Below, piece by piece: positions 1-694 of a DNA stretch of 694 nt (within the stretch, counting starts at the first letter, position 1; every line of letters starts with the position of its first letter). Origin of the DNA: a phage. The notes beneath the pieces are model-generated. The model ran no database searches. It had not been told where the DNA came from and was given only the letters and a program-made list of their open reading frames with translations. Position numbers and translations under genes: made by a program. The stretch is from sequence record AF056247.1, one strand, 5' to 3'.

Positions 1-2
1 CG

Positions 3-50
3 AAAGGGCTTGAGACTCTCNTTGAACTATTAAAAGAGGAAGAAANCTAA
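3..50 (+). CDS. Possible 3' end of an upstream gene (frame 3) reading KGLETLXELLKEEEX then TAA at 48..50; product unknown
   Basis: Open frame runs from the window edge to TAA at 48..50 with charged, helix-like residues (LKEEE). Only 16 codons, two of them ambiguous, so this could be chance. Confidence 0.2.
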   Translation, partial: KGLETLXELLKEEEX

Positions 51-134
51 ATTCTATCATTGTTTCTCATGGGCATACGCATCCATTAGCTCATAAGATT
101 ACTGTCCAAAAAGATGCAGAAGGATTTTCCTACT

Positions 135-140
135 TAGAAT
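135..140 (+). promoter_or_regulatory. -10-like hexamer TAGAAT (5 of 6 match to TATAAT) 5 nt upstream of the ATG at 146
   Basis: Read directly from the sequence. No good -35 (TTGACA-like) at 16-18 bp spacing and no TG extension. Such hexamers are frequent in AT-rich DNA. Confidence 0.12.
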
Positions 141-145
141 AAAAC

Positions 146-511
146 ATGGCTGTAGATAGTAGAAATAAAGGTAAACGTGGTGAATATCAGGTAAGGAGAT
201 ATTCTACGTGAGCGTACAGGTCTTGAATGGGAACATGTTCCTNGCTCTGGTGCTTTTGGCCAGACCACGGACTGAAAAGTGACATCTACCTTCCACCACA
301 AAGTGGACACATTAGTAAATACTGCTTCGAANTTAAGTGGTATAAAGATNATAATATATCAAGTAATTTATTTAATGTTGGTGAATCCACTCTNGANAAG
401 TGGTGGCAGCAGTGCTCACCTGAAAGTGAACANANGAACTCCNGACCCGCATTAATATTCAAAAAGACAAAGACAGTGGTNAATAGCTTGGATACTCCCA
501 CCCATGGTTGA
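146..511 (+). CDS. Small PD-(D/E)XK nuclease, Hjc-like Holliday junction resolvase / YraN-like family (about 121 aa); frame interrupted by two apparent single-base sequencing errors
   Basis: ATG at 146 opens frame 2: MAVDSRNKGKRGEYQV. Frame 2 then hits TGA at 209..211, but frame 3 continues a protein-like sequence over ~195..272 (DILRERTGLEWEHVPxSGAFGQTT). Frame 2 resumes in the supplied 227..511 ORF with KSDIYLPPQSGHISKYCFExKWYKD... to TGA at 509..511. The joined protein has KG-x2-GE near the N-terminus, an acidic D in a hydrophobic stretch (DIYL, codon 281..283), and E-x-K (E 329..331, K 335..337). That order and spacing fit the catalytic Glu, Asp, Glu-x-Lys of Hjc-type resolvases. Family assignment is from motif recall, not a search. 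Confidence 0.5.
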
Positions 512-610
512 CACTTAGTGAATCTACCCCATGGTGTTAATAAAAAAGCAGGAAACNTATCGGTNATTGACCGNGCCCTANGCNCNGTGAGACNATNAAT
601 ATGATTATCC

Positions 611-616
611 NGGGGA
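611..616 (+). promoter_or_regulatory. Possible ribosome-binding site (nGGGGA) 5 nt upstream of the ATG at 621
   Basis: G-rich purine stretch at suitable spacing from an ATG; it lies in the low-quality tail and includes an N. Confidence 0.18.
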
Positions 617-620
617 AATT

Positions 621-694
621 ATGAAGAAAAGAAANGAATNGCTCCCNCTNCCCAGANTGCAAGACNNCTNNGCTCNCCCACNAAACNCAAAAAC
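621..694 (+). CDS. Possible 5' end of a downstream gene (MKKR...), product unknown; runs off the window end
   Basis: ATG at 621..623 preceded by a G-rich RBS-like element; the N-terminus MKKR is lysine/arginine-rich. About one third of codons contain N, and two (tng at 639..641, tnn at 669..671) could be stops, so the frame cannot be verified. Confidence 0.15.
   Translation, partial: MKKRXEXLXXPRXQDXXAXPXNXK

Noticed and set aside
69-137. Tiny upstream ORFs (ATG at 69, 6 codons; ATG at 114, 7 codons)
   Set aside because: Too short, no RBS, no recognisable peptide features; expected by chance in intergenic sequence.
188-220. Splice-donor-like CAG|GTAAGGA at 188..197 with a downstream ACAG|G at 216..220, suggesting a ~29-nt intron
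   Set aside because: Removing 191..219 does not restore the protein-like frame (it leads to a stop at 278..280), and the frame-3 translation across this segment is itself protein-like (DILRERTGLEW). A sequencing frameshift explains the data better.
286-501. Minus-strand 71-aa ORF from the six-frame track
   Set aside because: Entirely antisense to the motif-bearing plus-strand gene; the translation is Cys/His/Leu-rich with several ambiguous codons and no recognisable motif or start context. Most likely a shadow ORF.
501-535. Direct 8-bp repeat CCCATGGT at 501..508 and 528..535, each with the palindrome CCATGG, spanning the stop codon
   Set aside because: A single 8-mer repeat is expected by chance a few times in a window this size, and there is no extended dyad or third copy. 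Not enough to call a binding site.
543-552. AAAAGCAGG, resembling the conserved influenza A segment terminus
   Set aside because: It is internal, lacks the full AGCAAAAGCAGG context, and sits in otherwise unrelated sequence. A short chance match.
541-575. A-run (taaaaaag) plus a short cggt/accg inverted repeat that could mimic a minus-strand intrinsic terminator
   Set aside because: The stem is only 4 bp, interrupted by N calls, and sits ~13 nt from the T-run on the minus strand. It does not meet a reasonable terminator standard.

Overview
This 694-base window is AT-rich by eye and looks like a single low-quality read: ambiguous bases are sparse in the first ~500 bases and dense after ~550, where calls are unreliable. 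The one feature I can support is a small plus-strand gene (about 146..511, ~121 codons) whose conceptual product carries the Glu / Asp / Glu-x-Lys arrangement of a small PD-(D/E)XK nuclease of the Hjc-like Holliday-junction-resolvase type (archaeal Hjc, bacterial YraN/UPF0102, phage resolvase homologues). Its frame is broken by two compensating single-base shifts at G runs, which I read as base-calling errors rather than biology. Flanking it are a possible upstream gene 3' end (3..50) and a possible downstream gene start (621..694), both weak. I see no RNA gene, CRISPR array, mobile element end, or convincing terminator. I find no evidence for a novel system here: a resolvase-like nuclease is a common component of phage and prophage replication/recombination modules, and the window is too short and noisy to assess gene neighbourhood. 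Source organism cannot be determined from the sequence alone.
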